Below are positions 63,477 to 64,000 of a stretch of 64,000 nt of DNA, piece by piece. Origin of the DNA: Takakia lepidozioides (taxonomy: Eukaryota > Plantae > Bryophyta); contig CM060734.1 in assembly GCA_030704615.1 (NCBI GenBank), positions 31,868,001-31,932,000 on the forward strand. The letters are read 5' to 3'. Numbering within the stretch: position 1 is the first letter of the stretch; every line of letters begins with the position of its first letter. A program made the translations under genes and the position numbers. The notes under the pieces are model-generated. The model was not told the DNA's origin. It worked only from the letters and a program-made list of their open reading frames with translations, and did not search any database.

Positions 63477-64000
63477 CTGACATAAATCACGTGGATTAGG
63501 TCATCAGTCAATAAATTATAAGAAAGACATTGAAAATAAGACAAATCAAGATTCATTTGCAATGTTAATAATTCAATAAATAAAATTGATGGGATCAAAA
63601 GATTTTCAAGCATAATTAAATGTCGATATTTTATATGTCCAAACTTTTCGAATATTGATTGATTGACACTTAATTTAAAGTGATAGATTTCAGTATTGAT
63701 TCTAATAAATAATCTTGAGTCTAATCAATAATGTGAATGGGACTGAGGGTCATTGTTTCTTATGAATAGCTCATTACGCACACTTATGGGATGCAATGAA
63801 CAATGAGACCTCACATAGTATGTTTATCCAAAACTTGTGTGTTCTTTGGAAGTTGAAATATGGTAGGATGAATGCAAGAGGTGACAAATACAAATTTATT
63901 GATTGATAGATTAAAAAAACACATCAATCCAACAATCAATAAGTTTAAATGAAATGATTGAAGTAACCGAGTGATTGATTGATTGAATTGGGAGACCAAA

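Overview
Eukaryotic nuclear DNA with spliced genes and many transposons, most consistent with a bryophyte (moss-like) land plant; this is inferred from PLS-type PPR fragments and the TE complement. Host genes: an intact 3-exon acyl-ACP desaturase (30071-32383, +), the 3' exons of an NDB-type NAD(P)H dehydrogenase (60587-63476, -) and a CYP71-clan P450 pseudogene (12844-14495). Most of the rest is mobile DNA. (1) A 10.3-kb DNA transposon (584-10887) with 16-bp CCCGGGGGGTGCACTC TIRs, an exact 8-bp TSD and a frameshifted P-element-like transposase. (2) A large CACTA element from 40041 with a TnpA-like gene, a ~128-bp tandem array, a SET-domain gene and a TnpD pseudogene. (3) A complete Pack-type CACTA nested inside it (43866-51668, TSD ACA) carrying PPR and OSB-PDF-motif fragments; related PDF-motif modules also occur in the P-like element. 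(4) LINE relics, one with a chromodomain and an adenine-methyltransferase-like domain. (5) An LTR, MITE-like pieces and a Helitron cluster with head-to-tail CTAG|TC junctions. The leading candidates for an undescribed system are transposon-encoded chromatin modifiers (the CACTA-borne SET domain) and a P-like transposon lineage in a land plant. All family assignments come from motif recognition by eye, not from database searches.
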